A stretch of 64,000 nt of DNA, from positions 128,001 through 192,000 of the forward strand of contig CBDBFU010000032.1 in the NCBI GenBank assembly GCA_965205025.1, in the 5' to 3' direction. Origin of the DNA: Candidatus Poribacteria bacterium (GTDB taxonomy: Bacteria > Poribacteria > WGA-4E > WGA-3G). Positions 51,654-63,271 of the stretch are shown piece after piece. The position numbers were made by a program, and so were the translations under genes. The notes beneath the pieces were generated by a model, which saw only the letters and a program-made list of their open reading frames with translations, was not told the origin of the DNA and ran no database searches. The first letter of the stretch is position 1, and each line of letters opens with the position of its first letter.

Positions 51654-52334
51654 GTGCATATTAGTACGCAACTTAGGTTATTCAAAAAACAAATAATGCT
51701 TACACAAAACCAACAAACGGTATATAATTGGATAAACGGCGAGCTTGAGTTCCCAGTCTATGCTGCAGCATACAAAGGAGCATTAGAACAACTAAACAAC
51801 AAATCACCGGGCTACATTACGTTCGTATCCCATGCCGGAAGGGATTTGATGAACGGTCTTGCTACTGCAGTAAATAGGATCACGAGTGAATATGTTCAAT
51901 ATGTCCATCTTGTAAATGAATTCCAAGACAATTGGAAAGATGAATGGGGAGGAGAAAGGAACAATATCACAGAAACTAACGATGAAAACGGACATCTGAT
52001 CCCTAATGAAATCTGTAAGAAGATCAAAAAATTAGTTGATGACCACAAAGAAGGCCGTCTCAGAGCTGAAGAGATAGATAGTTCTTTTTTTACCACTTTT
52101 CTGGATTATCCTAATAAAGAGAGTATTCCGGAGGACTTATCTCAAGAATGGAGGCGCGCCAGAAGTTGGTTTGTTGGTCATGCACACTTACGTAAGAAGC
52201 AGTTTTCCATAAGAACTTATGATGAAGTGGAAATGCATTTTCAAAACCTTCATAGTTTTTTATACGCTGCTGCAGCAAGCGAAATTGATCAGTTAAGGAG
52301 TATCCATGAAATCTTGGACGAAGCCAACCGATGA
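51654..52334 (+). CDS. Hypothetical helical protein, possible HEPN-like effector
   Basis: SHAGRDLMN and WFVGHAH motifs; 3' end overlaps the next gene; start may be ATG 51696. Confidence 0.6.
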   Translation: MHISTQLRLFKKQIMLTQNQQTVYNWINGELEFPVYAAAYKGALEQLNNKSPGYITFVSHAGRDLMNGLATAVNRITSEYVQYVHLVNEFQDNWKDEWGGERNNITETNDENGHLIPNEICKKIKKLVDDHKEGRLRAEEIDSSFFTTFLDYPNKESIPEDLSQEWRRARSWFVGHAHLRKKQFSIRTYDEVEMHFQNLHSFLYAAAASEIDQLRSIHEILDEANR

Positions 52335-55252
52335 ACTTATTGATAAAGCACTTGCCTCAATCAACAAGGTAACCGCGCGCAAATATTTTTTCTCGCACTT
52401 GGAAAATCCATTGTGGTTACAACCGCTTGTTGAACGTGGTCGTTTTAAGTATCCGCCAAAAGCATTGCGATTTGATGATGGTACTATTGGATTTCCTTAC
52501 TGGCCCGAATTGCGATACCTCAAAAACGTATGTACCGATTTGCCGAATGAAGTTATCAATTTAGTAGTGAATCTGCCGAAAGTTGATAACCCCGTTGTCT
52601 ATGACGGTATTTTAGAAATTGCATTGCAGCTGCCTGGAAAGTACTCTGTAAAACTAAAAAAGAAAATACTTGAATACGCGGGTATGGATCACCAATTCCA
52701 AACACATAAATTCGCAAATCTGCTAACACATTGGGCAGAGGAGAATCAGGCATCAGCAGCATTGGAACTCGCCATAATACTGGTTAAGTTTGCCCCCGAC
52801 CCGCAGTCAGAGAGTAAACAGAAACTCCGTATAGAAAATCCCATGGACAGTAATGCGATGCTTGAACCTTCACCCCGTATGCCACCTGGGGAATACCGTG
52901 ATTTAATGGTGAAAGGCATACGACCTATAACGGAAAGGGATCCTTACAAAGTTGCTTGTATCTTGATTGATGCTACAGCAAATATGATCTATTTACGAAG
53001 ACACAAACAAGATTTTAATATAGAGAAAGACGCTTCCTGGTCCTGGTGTCCTTGCCTTTACAAACCAGGTAAAGACGGTGGAAGTTCAGAGGAAACACTT
53101 GTACACACGCTGACCTATGCATGCGAAAAAGTGTTTGAAAAATTACCCAATACTATAGTGGAATTAGACAAAATTTTACGAAATCAACATTGGAATATTT
53201 TCAAACGCCTACGCCACCACCTTTATGCCAAATACCCTAGTGAACAAACCAAACCGTGGATTCTGGAATTGATTCTAACACCTGCATATTACAATCGATG
53301 GAATCATTCTTATGAATTCCAACTGATGATACGGGGTGCTTGCAAACATTTTGGGGAGACTTTACTCACGAAGGAAGAACGAACACAAATCTTTGATACT
53401 ATTCTTGCAGGACCATCAAAAATGGATTACCAAAAGAGGATGATGGAATTCTTTGGTATTGAATCTAACAATGAGGGTTTCCTGCAGTATAAACGTCATC
53501 GCCAACAAATTCAGTTTACGCCTTTTGCTCCTGTGCTATTTGGAAAATATGAAACCTACCTCCAAGAGTTAGAGACTGAAGACACTCTCCGAATTTTTTG
53601 ATGAGGATTATATCCCTTCTAAAGCAGAGGTACGTGAGGTCACTGTATCCAAACGTAGTCCTTATTCACACCAAGAACTTGCAAAGTTAACTGATAATAA
53701 TCTTCTCAACTTCATAAATGCTTGGGATGATGAAGATAAATATCATGAAAATCAAAATTGGGTGAAAATTAATATTGAAGCACTCGCCAACGCTTTTCAA
53801 ACTGTTTTCAAAGAGTCAATAATTCCCGACCCCATCAGATTAAAGTTTTGGATGAAAAATCGTGATCAGATTGAGAGACCTATTTACATTCGAATGATGG
53901 TTTATGCAATGGAAACACTTGTAAAGGAAAAGAACTTCGACCAACTCAACGAATGGTTAGCATTCAGCGAATGGGTGCTTTCACATCCTGATCGTGAGCA
54001 CGGTTCAGACTATACACAAGGCGATGAATCCCGAATAAATAAGAACTGGACGAATGCACGTAGGATGGTCGGCGACTTTATCGGGGTATGTCTTGAAAAA
54101 GAGACAGATGTCCCCATTACATTCCGAAAACAACTCGAAAAGATTCTGAAAATGCTTTGCACACAGTATGATTGGAACTTAGATGAAAGTAATCCAAACA
54201 GATTATATCGTAATGATCTACTCACCGAAGGCATCAATAATACACGAAGTCGAGCGTTGGAGGACCTTGTCAAATTCGGTTATTGGCTACGGAGACATGA
54301 ACCTGAATGTGAAGTTCCCGAAATAATAACGATTCTTGAAAAACGGTTTAACACAGAAACCGATTATTCCTTAACGCCGCCTGAGTATGCAATTCTGGGT
54401 AAGAATTATGGTTCAATTTACAGTTTCAATGAGAAATGGACAATTGAGCATAAATCAGATTTTTTTCCCCAAGCACAAAATAAACGCCAAGAATGGTACG
54501 CAGCATTTAATAGCTTTGTACTCTGTAATGGTGCAGTTAAGCCACTCTTTGAGATCCTTAAAGACGATTTCAATTTTGCATTACAGCATCTGTCTGATTT
54601 CAAAAATCATGATCTCATCACACGACAACCAATTGATGTTTTCGGTGAACGCCTTTTTAACTATTATCTGTGGGAAATGTTCCCACTTAAAGGGGAAGAA
54701 AGTCTACTTGAAAAATTTTACCAGCAAACTGATGAAAAACCAGAACATTGGGCAAATTTATTCAATAATATAGGACGTCGCTTGTCAAACACTGGGCAAG
54801 ACTTAGACCCAAGTATGAAAGAAAGAGTAAAACAATTCTTTAAATGGCGTCTCAAACAGGGAGAACAGAGAGAACTCCGATATTTTACTTATTGGTTGCA
54901 AGCCGAGTGTTTGGAGGCTAAATGGCGATTGAAGGCATATTCCAAAGTTATAGATGCATGCAAAGGCGAAGTAGAAGATTGGGAAATTTATTTAAAGGAG
55001 TTATGCCAAATGCTTCCAAAATATACCGCTGAAGTAGTTGAGTGCTTCTGTAAGCTAACCAATGATATTCATAATAAAAACATCTACATGCAGACAGAGG
55101 AAGCGAAAACCATTCTAAAAGCAGGACTTCACAGCTCAGACACCATTGTCCAAAAGAATGCAGAACTCGCCCTTAATAACCTACTCAGTGCTGATAAAAT
55201 GGAATATATGGATCTTGTGATAAATAAAGAACAAAAAGTTTTGGGATTATAA
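52306..55252 (+). pseudogene. Large alpha-helical protein (~981 aa) split by a +1 frameshift in a T6 run
   Basis: ORFs 52306-53601 and 53762-55252 join if one T is removed at 53594-53599. The second frame is open from 53600 (DEDYIPSKAEVREVTVSKRSPYS...). Confidence 0.75.
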
Positions 55253-55295
55253 GGCAATTTCATTTAATGATTACAAAGTTCCTTTCATGCTAATT

Positions 55296-55324
55296 TTGAC
55301 ATTTTGTTTCTTTTGTGATACACT
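55296..55324 (+). promoter_or_regulatory. Putative sigma70 promoter of the XRE-IrrE/PIN pair
   Basis: TTGACA, 17-nt spacer, TG-n-TACACT. Confidence 0.6.
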
Positions 55325-55395
55325 TTAATTCACAACATGTATTAAGTTGTATTTACAATTGATTTCTGTCTTCAAGTTTAGTAGGAGTACATATT

Positions 55396-56568
55396 ATGGC
55401 TAAATCTGTAAAAGCACTCATTACACCAGAAGTTCTAAAGTGGGCGCGGGAAAGGCGTATCAGATTAGAACTTGATTTCGCGGCAGAAAAATTAAAGATA
55501 ACCCCCGAACGTCTTGAAGCATGGGAAAACGGCACAGAAAAACCCACCTTCGCGCAATTAAAGAAGATTGCCAATATCTATAAGACGCATGTTTCTATTT
55601 TCTACTTACCAAAACCCCCTATGAGTTTTCCTTGGCCCGTTGATTACAGAATATTACCTAATTCAAAAAAAGCAGATAAAGAACAGAAATACAAACTAAA
55701 TGCCAATATTGTTGAAGCAAATGATAGACGCAAGAGATTACTTCATATTTACGAGATGTTGGAGAAAACACCACCTAAGGTGGATCTAAAAATAAATTTT
55801 AACGATTCCCATAGAACTGCAGCTAAAAAAATTTTGGATTTTCTCAATTTCAAAAGAGAGAATCTACCGAAAACTTCTAATGCTTATAATGCTTTGAGAT
55901 TTTGGAAACAGAGTATTGAAGCCAAAGGGGTTCTTGTTTGCCAAACTTCTGTTAACACACACCTATCAGTTGAATTGAATACATTCCGTGGATTCTGTAT
56001 AGCACTTAAACCATTTCCAGTAATTGTTGTTAACCCTAAAGATAAACCTTACGGTCGTATATTTACTATTATTCACGAGTTAGTTCACATAGGCATGGGA
56101 AAAAGTATCATTCAGAATTCGGGGTTAAGTGATATAAGAAAACCATCTTTGGAGAAAACAGAACGTTTTTGTAATATGGTAGCTGGTGAAGTTTTAGTAC
56201 CAGAAAATGAATTACTTGATAGAATTGACCCTAAGACACTCCAAGAGGACTTACCTGAAATCTCAAGACATTTCCAAGTGAGTACTGAAGTAATAATGCG
56301 TAGGTTGTTAATTCTCGAAATAATATCACAACAAAAGTATTATGCATATAGAAAAATGTTATATCATAATATCAATGAGAAACAAGATGACTCAAATCCT
56401 CTAATCCCTTACCATATCCGTCTTCTTAGTACATCTGGAGAATATTTTACCCGTACTGCTTTCGATGCATATTATGAGAATAAGATTACACTCACTGAAT
56501 TGTCCGCTGCTTTTTATAATTGTTCCACAAAACATCTTTTTGAAATGGAGAATAGTATCTCCACATGA
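55396..56568 (+). CDS. XRE-HTH plus ImmA/IrrE-family metallopeptidase (antitoxin-like)
   Basis: LKWARE...WENG..KPT..QL HTH; FTIIHELVH (HExxH); E.FCN.VAGEVLVP. Confidence 0.9.
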   Translation: MAKSVKALITPEVLKWARERRIRLELDFAAEKLKITPERLEAWENGTEKPTFAQLKKIANIYKTHVSIFYLPKPPMSFPWPVDYRILPNSKKADKEQKYKLNANIVEANDRRKRLLHIYEMLEKTPPKVDLKINFNDSHRTAAKKILDFLNFKRENLPKTSNAYNALRFWKQSIEAKGVLVCQTSVNTHLSVELNTFRGFCIALKPFPVIVVNPKDKPYGRIFTIIHELVHIGMGKSIIQNSGLSDIRKPSLEKTERFCNMVAGEVLVPENELLDRIDPKTLQEDLPEISRHFQVSTEVIMRRLLILEIISQQKYYAYRKMLYHNINEKQDDSNPLIPYHIRLLSTSGEYFTRTAFDAYYENKITLTELSAAFYNCSTKHLFEMENSIST

Positions 56569-57061
56569 ACCTACTATTGACCATGATCAGATAGTTTATA
56601 GTATGGATGCAAGTTCATTAATTGAAGTTTATCATAAATATCCGTTTGATATATTTCCATCTTTGTGGAATAACTTGGAAGAACTCATTAAAGATAATCA
56701 ATTAAAAATGTTTGAACTCGTCTTTGATAAAGAAGTGAAAGATGAAGGAATCAAAGATTGGTGTAAAGAAAAACAATTAGACTCTTTGCTTCGAGTAACG
56801 GCAGATCAAGTTGATCAAACTAAGGCACATATCCTAACTCCCTTATTGGTAGATCCTGATACAGGAGATTCAGGGGGTGACCCGTGGGTAATTGCCTTAG
56901 CACAAGATTTACCAAACGGTATTGTAGTGACTGAGGAAAGACCAAGTCGCAACAAGGATAAACCAAAAATACCAAATGTCTGTGAAGATCTTGATATAGA
57001 ATGTATTGATATACTCGGTTTGATGAGGAAAGAAAATTGGGTCTTTAATTCAGATTCTTGA
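56540..57061 (+). CDS. DUF4411 PIN-like protein
   Basis: YSMDASSLI, GDPWVIALA, VVTEE and KIPNVC motifs; start uncertain (in-frame TTG 56540). Confidence 0.85.
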   Translation: MKWRIVSPHEPTIDHDQIVYSMDASSLIEVYHKYPFDIFPSLWNNLEELIKDNQLKMFELVFDKEVKDEGIKDWCKEKQLDSLLRVTADQVDQTKAHILTPLLVDPDTGDSGGDPWVIALAQDLPNGIVVTEERPSRNKDKPKIPNVCEDLDIECIDILGLMRKENWVFNSDS

Positions 57062-57071
57062 AAGAAGTAAT

Positions 57072-59625
57072 ATGCCAGAACCATACCTATACCAACAACT
57101 TGAAACTGCATTCAGATTTGGTGTCCCCCCAACCAGAAATCCCAAACAGCATCACACAAAACATCAACCCAGCCTTTGAACTGCGCGAGTATCAAATAGA
57201 CGCATTCGCAAGGTTCATACACTGCTATAACAATGACTTCCCCGGCAAAGAGAATCCTCTACATCTGCTTTTCAACATGGCAACAGGAAGCGGAAAGACC
57301 CTTATCATGGCAGGTTCAATCCTCTACCTATATGAAAAGGGATACCACAACTTTCTATTCTTCGTCAACTCCACCAATATTATTGAAAAAACAAAGGACA
57401 ACTTCCTAAACAAGACTGCAGCAAAATACCTATTTAGTGAGGAGATCCATATTGAAGGGAAACGGGTTACAGTTACTCAAGTTGATAACTTTGATGGTGT
57501 TAACGAAAGCGACATCAACATCTGCTTCACAACTATCCAGCAGCTACACACAGATATGAATTCGGAACGTGAGAACGGCTTAACCTATGAAAACTTCGCA
57601 GAACAGGAAATCGTACTCATAGCAGATGAAGCACATCACCTGAATGTCAGCACAAGATCACAGCAAACATTGTTTGAAAGTTGGGAAAACACAGTAGAAC
57701 GAATCTTCAAATCGAATCAGAATAACCTACTCTTAGAATTCACGGCTACACACGACTATGATACCCCTGAGATGGCAGGAGAATATCAAAATAAGGTTAT
57801 CAATCGCTATGATTTAAAGGACTATCGAAAAGATCAGTTTTCTAAAGAGATCGAACTTGTCTACTCTGATATGGACACCAAAGCACGTATGTTGCAGGCA
57901 CTGATTCTCAGCCAATACAAACTGAAGGTTGCGAATATGGCTAAAATTAATTTGAAACCTGTAATCCTATTCAAAGAAAAAACGATAGCACGTTCTGACG
58001 AAAATAGAGAACGTTTCCGCAATCTACTTGATAGCCTTAATGAGAACGATATAAACAATATCCGCAGATCAGATGTACCTGCTGTTCAACGTGCGTTCCA
58101 ATTTTTTGAGGACGATAATACAAGTGTGTATGCGTTAATACAAGAACTGAAAAGTGATTTTGCCGAAGAACACTGCCTATCTGTGAATAGCAAAGAACAG
58201 AGAGAAAACTATCAGATCCTTATAAACACACTTGAGGACAGAGATAATCAGATACGGGCAATCTTTGCTGTCCAGCAACTCAATGAAGGATGGGATGTGC
58301 TGAATCTGTTTGACATAGTACGATGTTACGAAACCCGCGACTCTGGTAGAACGACAATTTCAGAGGCACAACTCATTGGTAGAGGAGCACGCTATTTCCC
58401 TTATGTCTTACCAGATAAACCTGATAGATTCCGTCGTAAGTTTGACGATGACCTTAACAACGAACTCCGCATATTGGAAGAATTACACTACCACAGCATG
58501 CAAGACTCACGCTACTTATCAGAAATCCGTAACGCATTGATTGATGAAGGTATGTTAGATGAAAAACGAGAGACACGTGAAATCAAACTTAAGGACGAAT
58601 TTAAGGCAACAGAATTGTACAAAAAAGGCGTTGTCTGGTTAAACAAACGGGTTAAGAAAAATTATCAACACATCAATTCTTTTGCTGATTTAGGGGTAAC
58701 GAACAGAGATTACAGACATCATGTTGCAACTGGTGAGGGTGGTTCCGTTACCGCTCTTGAAAATCAGAATATACCTATTGTATCCAATGAGAATCCACAG
58801 GATTTACACGTCAGAGATATTGAGAAAAACATCATGAAATCTGCAGTTGCATCTAATCCATTTTTCACCTTCGCATCCCTCCAAAGATATTTCCCACAGT
58901 TGACATCTATACGGGAATTCATCAATTCAGAGGATTATCTTAGCGGATTAACTATCAACCTTCAAGGTAACATAGAGGAATTAGGCATCAATCGTTCTGA
59001 AAAGTTTGCTGCGTGTCAAGGATTGTTATCGCAAATTGAAAGTGAAATTAAAGAGCAAATTACCGAATACGAAGGTACAAAAGAATTTCATGAGGAATTT
59101 ATCCAAGCGATTTTCACAGATAAGAAATTGGAATTCAGTTCTGAAACTTTACGATTAAGAGATGACCCACAGACGGAACATTTTGTATCAGTTAGAGATT
59201 GGTTCGTTTACGATAATCTTTTCGGCACAAGTGAAGAAAGAGAATTTCTACGTTTATTAGACCGATGGATCGGGGATACTGGAAATGACTACGAGTCAAT
59301 TTATCTGATACGCAACGAGGGACATTTCTCTCTATACAACTTTGATGATGGACAAGGATTTCAACCTGATTTTGTACTGTTCTTACGAAAGAATAATGGA
59401 GAAGCGATTACTTACCAACTATTCATTGAACCAAAAGGTGAACACATCGCTGAAGGTGATCGATGGAAACTAAAATTTTTACAACAGATATGCACAGACT
59501 ATAACGGTAGAATCTTCTCTGAAAACGACAAATATCGTCTAATAGGCGTCCCATCATTCTATAATGAGTCAGATGAAAACGAATTCAGAGAAGATCTGAA
59601 TACTGCATTGCAAAACGATGGGTAG
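57072..59625 (+). CDS. res: Type III restriction subunit (Res), apparently frameshifted at a C6 run near the start
   Basis: LREYQ, MATGSGKT, DEAHH, EGWDV, QLIGRGAR and PDF...IEPKG. ATG 57072 (MPEPYLYQQLE) joins the main frame only if C6 at 57125-57130 is C5. Confidence 0.88.
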
Positions 59626-59753
59626 ATTCCTGTTGACTTACAACTTCCCATAACGAACCTATTCCGCTACCCTTGAGAAGAAATTTCTCACTGACTAATT
59701 CTTATCCACCTAATCCTTGATTTAGAAAAACATCTCTTTGTACTACAAACTTT

Positions 59754-59854
59754 ATGAAGATTAATTTTTTAAATCGGTAATATACGGGCGGGTTGACCCC
59801 GCCCCTACGATAAGTTTATGGACTGGATAACCGAAATATTTACTTAATCCTCAT
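59754..59854. mobile_element. MITE-like element B with an internal GTAG-REP
   Basis: Near-identical to 1273-1373; sits in the loop of acaaact/agtttgt. Confidence 0.85.
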
Positions 59855-60106
59855 TTAGTTTGTGATCTTACTCCTTACCCTCTACAAACACTCTTATCCG
59901 TGTAATCTGTGTAATCTGTGATTCAGACAACTCAACATTGATATAAATAAACAGATCTCACTAAATTGACACCTATTGACCCAAAGGTGACAAATTATTT
60001 ACACTCCCAAATTTTGAATTGACTTGCATATAAACTTTTTACATGTTATTATTACGCACAATGGAAGTGTTCATTTTTCCAATAAATTATATAAGGAGAC
60101 TAAAAG

Positions 60107-60895
60107 ATGAAACGCTCTTTAGTTATTATTGCTTGCCTTGTGTTGGCATCTCAATGGAATGTCTTTGCGGCTAAAGTGTTAGATGAAGATTTAATAATTT
60201 ACTTTGATTACGAAGAATTCTCTGGTGATACAGTTATTGAAAAATCGGGTAATGAATACGATGGTGAAATTGTTGGAAAAGTGGTTCAGTCCGATGATGG
60301 AAAGTTTGGTAAGGCAGGACATTTTTCCCAATCCGGTTATCTTAAATTAGATATTGACAACATTGACCCTAAACATATACCTACAACTGGTATGAGTATT
60401 GTTGCATGGATAAATGTTGAATCCGTTTCAGATATGGCGATTTTTAATGCCCGCGCAGGTGATGGTACATGGCTTGTCCACCCTGAAGCACGTGGTGATG
60501 GGAATTACCGTTGGCTCAATCGAGGACATAACCCTGGTAAAACGTTATTTGATATACGTGCAGGTAAAAACACACCTAATGAATGGGTACATTACGCTGG
60601 CACGTTCAATCATGCAGAACAAATGGCTCACCTATATATCAATGGTGAACAAGTTGGCGAAGAAAAAGCACGATTGCCAGATAAAATCGCTGGAGACTGG
60701 GGACAAGGTGCACGCGTAGGTTTTAATATAGACGACAAACGTCCATTTACTGGCTTAATGGATGAACTAAATGTTTGGAAACGTGGATTAACCCAAGATG
60801 AAGTCAAGGCAATTATGAATGAGGGGTTAGAGTCGTATTTTGCTGTAGAAGCACAAGGTAAATTAACTACCACATGGGGTTATTTGAAAAGATAA
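60107..60895 (+). CDS. Secreted LamG-like jellyroll protein
   Basis: Signal peptide, GKFGKA, EWVHYAGT, LYING, FTGLMDE and VEAQGKLTTTWGYLK. Confidence 0.88.
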   Translation: MKRSLVIIACLVLASQWNVFAAKVLDEDLIIYFDYEEFSGDTVIEKSGNEYDGEIVGKVVQSDDGKFGKAGHFSQSGYLKLDIDNIDPKHIPTTGMSIVAWINVESVSDMAIFNARAGDGTWLVHPEARGDGNYRWLNRGHNPGKTLFDIRAGKNTPNEWVHYAGTFNHAEQMAHLYINGEQVGEEKARLPDKIAGDWGQGARVGFNIDDKRPFTGLMDELNVWKRGLTQDEVKAIMNEGLESYFAVEAQGKLTTTWGYLKR

Positions 60896-60947
60896 CTTGG
60901 AGAGTATGATTCTGTACTAAGGTTAATCCTATCTTATAGCATTTAAC

Positions 60948-60986
60948 AATCAATCCGCTGGTGATACATCAGCGGATTGATTTTTT
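60948..60986 (+). terminator. Intrinsic terminator
   Basis: aatcaatccgctg / cagcggattgatt stem followed by a T-run. Confidence 0.8.
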
Positions 60987-61011
60987 CTGTATATAGAATA
61001 TCATCTAAATC

Positions 61012-61150
61012 TGTAGGAGGGGTTTCAAAACCCGATCTTCTCTTCTGTAGGAGGGAACTCCGATTCCCACTGTATTTGGGATCGCGATTCCGATATCGCT
61101 CCTACAAAAGAGTCCATTTACATTTAATTTAAGCTAAATTGACCCCTATG
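61012..61150. repeat. GTAG-REP cluster (tandem plus inverted pair) and a solo IS-like right end
   Basis: gtaggagggg..., gtaggaggga..., ...cgctcctac; aaattgacccctatg at 61136-61150. Confidence 0.7.
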
Positions 61151-61177
61151 GCACTACTAATTCCATCACCCACCTAA

Positions 61178-62065
61178 TTAACTAGGGAAAGATGAATAGG
61201 CTGTAACATGTAAAGGCAAGAAGAATGGTCGTTTGGCACTTAGCACTTCCATCCGAAGACGTTCAGATAAAGTGTCTACATCAACTTGCTCAGATGTTGC
61301 TAAACCGTATTCCTCAATAAGCGGGAGAAGACTCTCAAAAATAGTTGCCATGTACCGATATCCAGACCAATTCCCTTCCCCACCAATAGGGGACTGAAGA
61401 TGCATCTCTGGTGCCGGTAATCCAGCATCTATGAATATCCGATACAAACCAAGTCCCGCATTTAGATGTGCCCCAGAACGATGAAATACATCCAAAATCC
61501 AACTGATAAGTTGGTTAATCAGTGGGGTATCAGGATGTTTAAATGCAGGATATAGTGTATATTCCGGTTCTTGAAAAGCAACAATTCCTTCAGGTTTGAG
61601 ATGTGAAATCAACTTTGCAAGGGCTGCGGTAGGATCAGACATATACATCAAAACGAATCGTCCTATGATTGCATCAAATTTCTCCTCGAATACGATCTCT
61701 CGTCCATCCCCTGCAAGGAATTCAATATTATCTATGCCTATCTCCATTACACGTTGGCGTGCAGACTCAAGAATCGTAGGATTAATATCCACACCGATGA
61801 CCTGTCCAGTTTCACCCACAAGTTCAGAAAGCATGATTGCCACATCCCCTGCACCACTACCAATTTCCAGAACACGCATGCCTTCAACAATACCAGCTTG
61901 TTCACAAAGCCGTTTTGTCGATTCACCGTAGATTCTGGATTGTTCAATCAATCGGTTCGTTTCATGGGAGGTACGTCCCAATGTATAGGTCGCATCTTTT
62001 TTCAAGGAATGTGGCGGAACTGCTTTATCCTTAGACATATTCAATTTAGGAAGGGAGTGTGACAT
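61178..62065 (-). CDS. Class I SAM-dependent methyltransferase
   Basis: VLEIGSGAGDV, FDAIIGRFVLMY and LKPEG; start may be ATG 62038. Confidence 0.9.
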   Translation of the reverse strand: MSHSLPKLNMSKDKAVPPHSLKKDATYTLGRTSHETNRLIEQSRIYGESTKRLCEQAGIVEGMRVLEIGSGAGDVAIMLSELVGETGQVIGVDINPTILESARQRVMEIGIDNIEFLAGDGREIVFEEKFDAIIGRFVLMYMSDPTAALAKLISHLKPEGIVAFQEPEYTLYPAFKHPDTPLINQLISWILDVFHRSGAHLNAGLGLYRIFIDAGLPAPEMHLQSPIGGEGNWSGYRYMATIFESLLPLIEEYGLATSEQVDVDTLSERLRMEVLSAKRPFFLPLHVTAYSSFPS

Positions 62066-62882
62066 GTGCCGTGATGTGGGGTGGCAACATAATTGGACGT
62101 TTAGATGTCGCTACCTCTTTTTGTATCCGTTCTGCAAGTGTATCAACACCTACCTGTTCAGCAGTAGCAATTTCATATTTCTCTATTAGTGGAAGGATAC
62201 TTTTGAAACTGTTTTCAAGGTAGTCAAAACCAGGCCAGTCTGCGGGACCACCCATAGGTGCTTCAAAATGTAGTATTGGTTCCGGTAAACCGGCATCCAC
62301 AAATGCCTTATAGAGGTCCATCCCCATTTCAGTATGAGCACCAGATTTTTCAAACACAGTACGTCCCCATTCTACAAGATTATTGATCAATGGTGTATCT
62401 GGATGAATGGCAGCAGTATACGGCGAAAATTCAGCCTCTTGAAATGCAACTATTCCACCCGGTTTCACAAGTGTAATTATATACTTGAGTGCTTCTGCCG
62501 GATCAGCCATATACATAAGAACAAGTCTACCAGCAACAGCATCAAAATCATCTGGAAGGTCAAGTGTTCGGATATCACCAGCAATAAATTCTATGTTCTT
62601 ATATCCTTCTGCATCAGCACGCATTCTTGCAGTTTCCAATATATCTGGGTTTACATCTACACCAATTACACTTCCTTCTTCCCCAACGAAATCTGCAAGT
62701 GTAATAGCTACATCTCCAGCACCACTTCCCACGTCAAGAACTTTCATTCCGTTAGTTATACCACTTCTTAGAAAGAATCGACGGGTGACATTATCATAAA
62801 GTTGTGATTGTTTTATGAGTCGGTCTGTTTCGGATTCAGTACGACCCATTGTATATTCAGCATCTCTTGTTTGATTAGTCAT
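62046..62882 (-). CDS. Class I SAM-dependent methyltransferase (tandem paralog)
   Basis: VLDVGSGAGDV, FDAVAGRLVLMY and VKPGG. Confidence 0.9.
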   Translation of the reverse strand: MTNQTRDAEYTMGRTESETDRLIKQSQLYDNVTRRFFLRSGITNGMKVLDVGSGAGDVAITLADFVGEEGSVIGVDVNPDILETARMRADAEGYKNIEFIAGDIRTLDLPDDFDAVAGRLVLMYMADPAEALKYIITLVKPGGIVAFQEAEFSPYTAAIHPDTPLINNLVEWGRTVFEKSGAHTEMGMDLYKAFVDAGLPEPILHFEAPMGGPADWPGFDYLENSFKSILPLIEKYEIATAEQVGVDTLAERIQKEVATSKRPIMLPPHITAHVTLPS

Positions 62883-63271
62883 ATTGTATAAGTCCTTTCT
62901 ACATTAAAATAAAATAAATGAAATATAAAAATAAACTTAGGTTGACATCTTCTAATATGATTCATAAATATATAATTTTCAAAAATGTCAGTTTTAAGAC
63001 GAATTAACTATAACATTTTCACGCTTAGATTTCCATATTTCTATCAGGTTTCAAGTGAAAATAATTATATGAGCTGTGTAATACTACTATAGTTTAGACA
63101 ATATCAGGTTCAACATTTAGAACATTGTTCACTCCTAATGAAAAACCAATATTATCTCCCTTATAATTTGGAATCATTGTGATTACAACATGTCTTAAAA
63201 AGAGGAAGGCGTGTGTTATCTGCTATTGAAAACAGCTAACTTACACGCCTACCAAAGTTTAGGTTACATAT

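Noticed and set aside
49064-57061. Integron cassette array
   Set aside because: No integrase, and no attC-like GTTRRRY/RYYYAAC-bounded hairpins repeated between the genes.
61178-62882. Tandem methyltransferases as a DNA-modification defence system
   Set aside because: They have small-molecule class I motifs and no DPPY or PC catalytic motif; a simple paralog pair.
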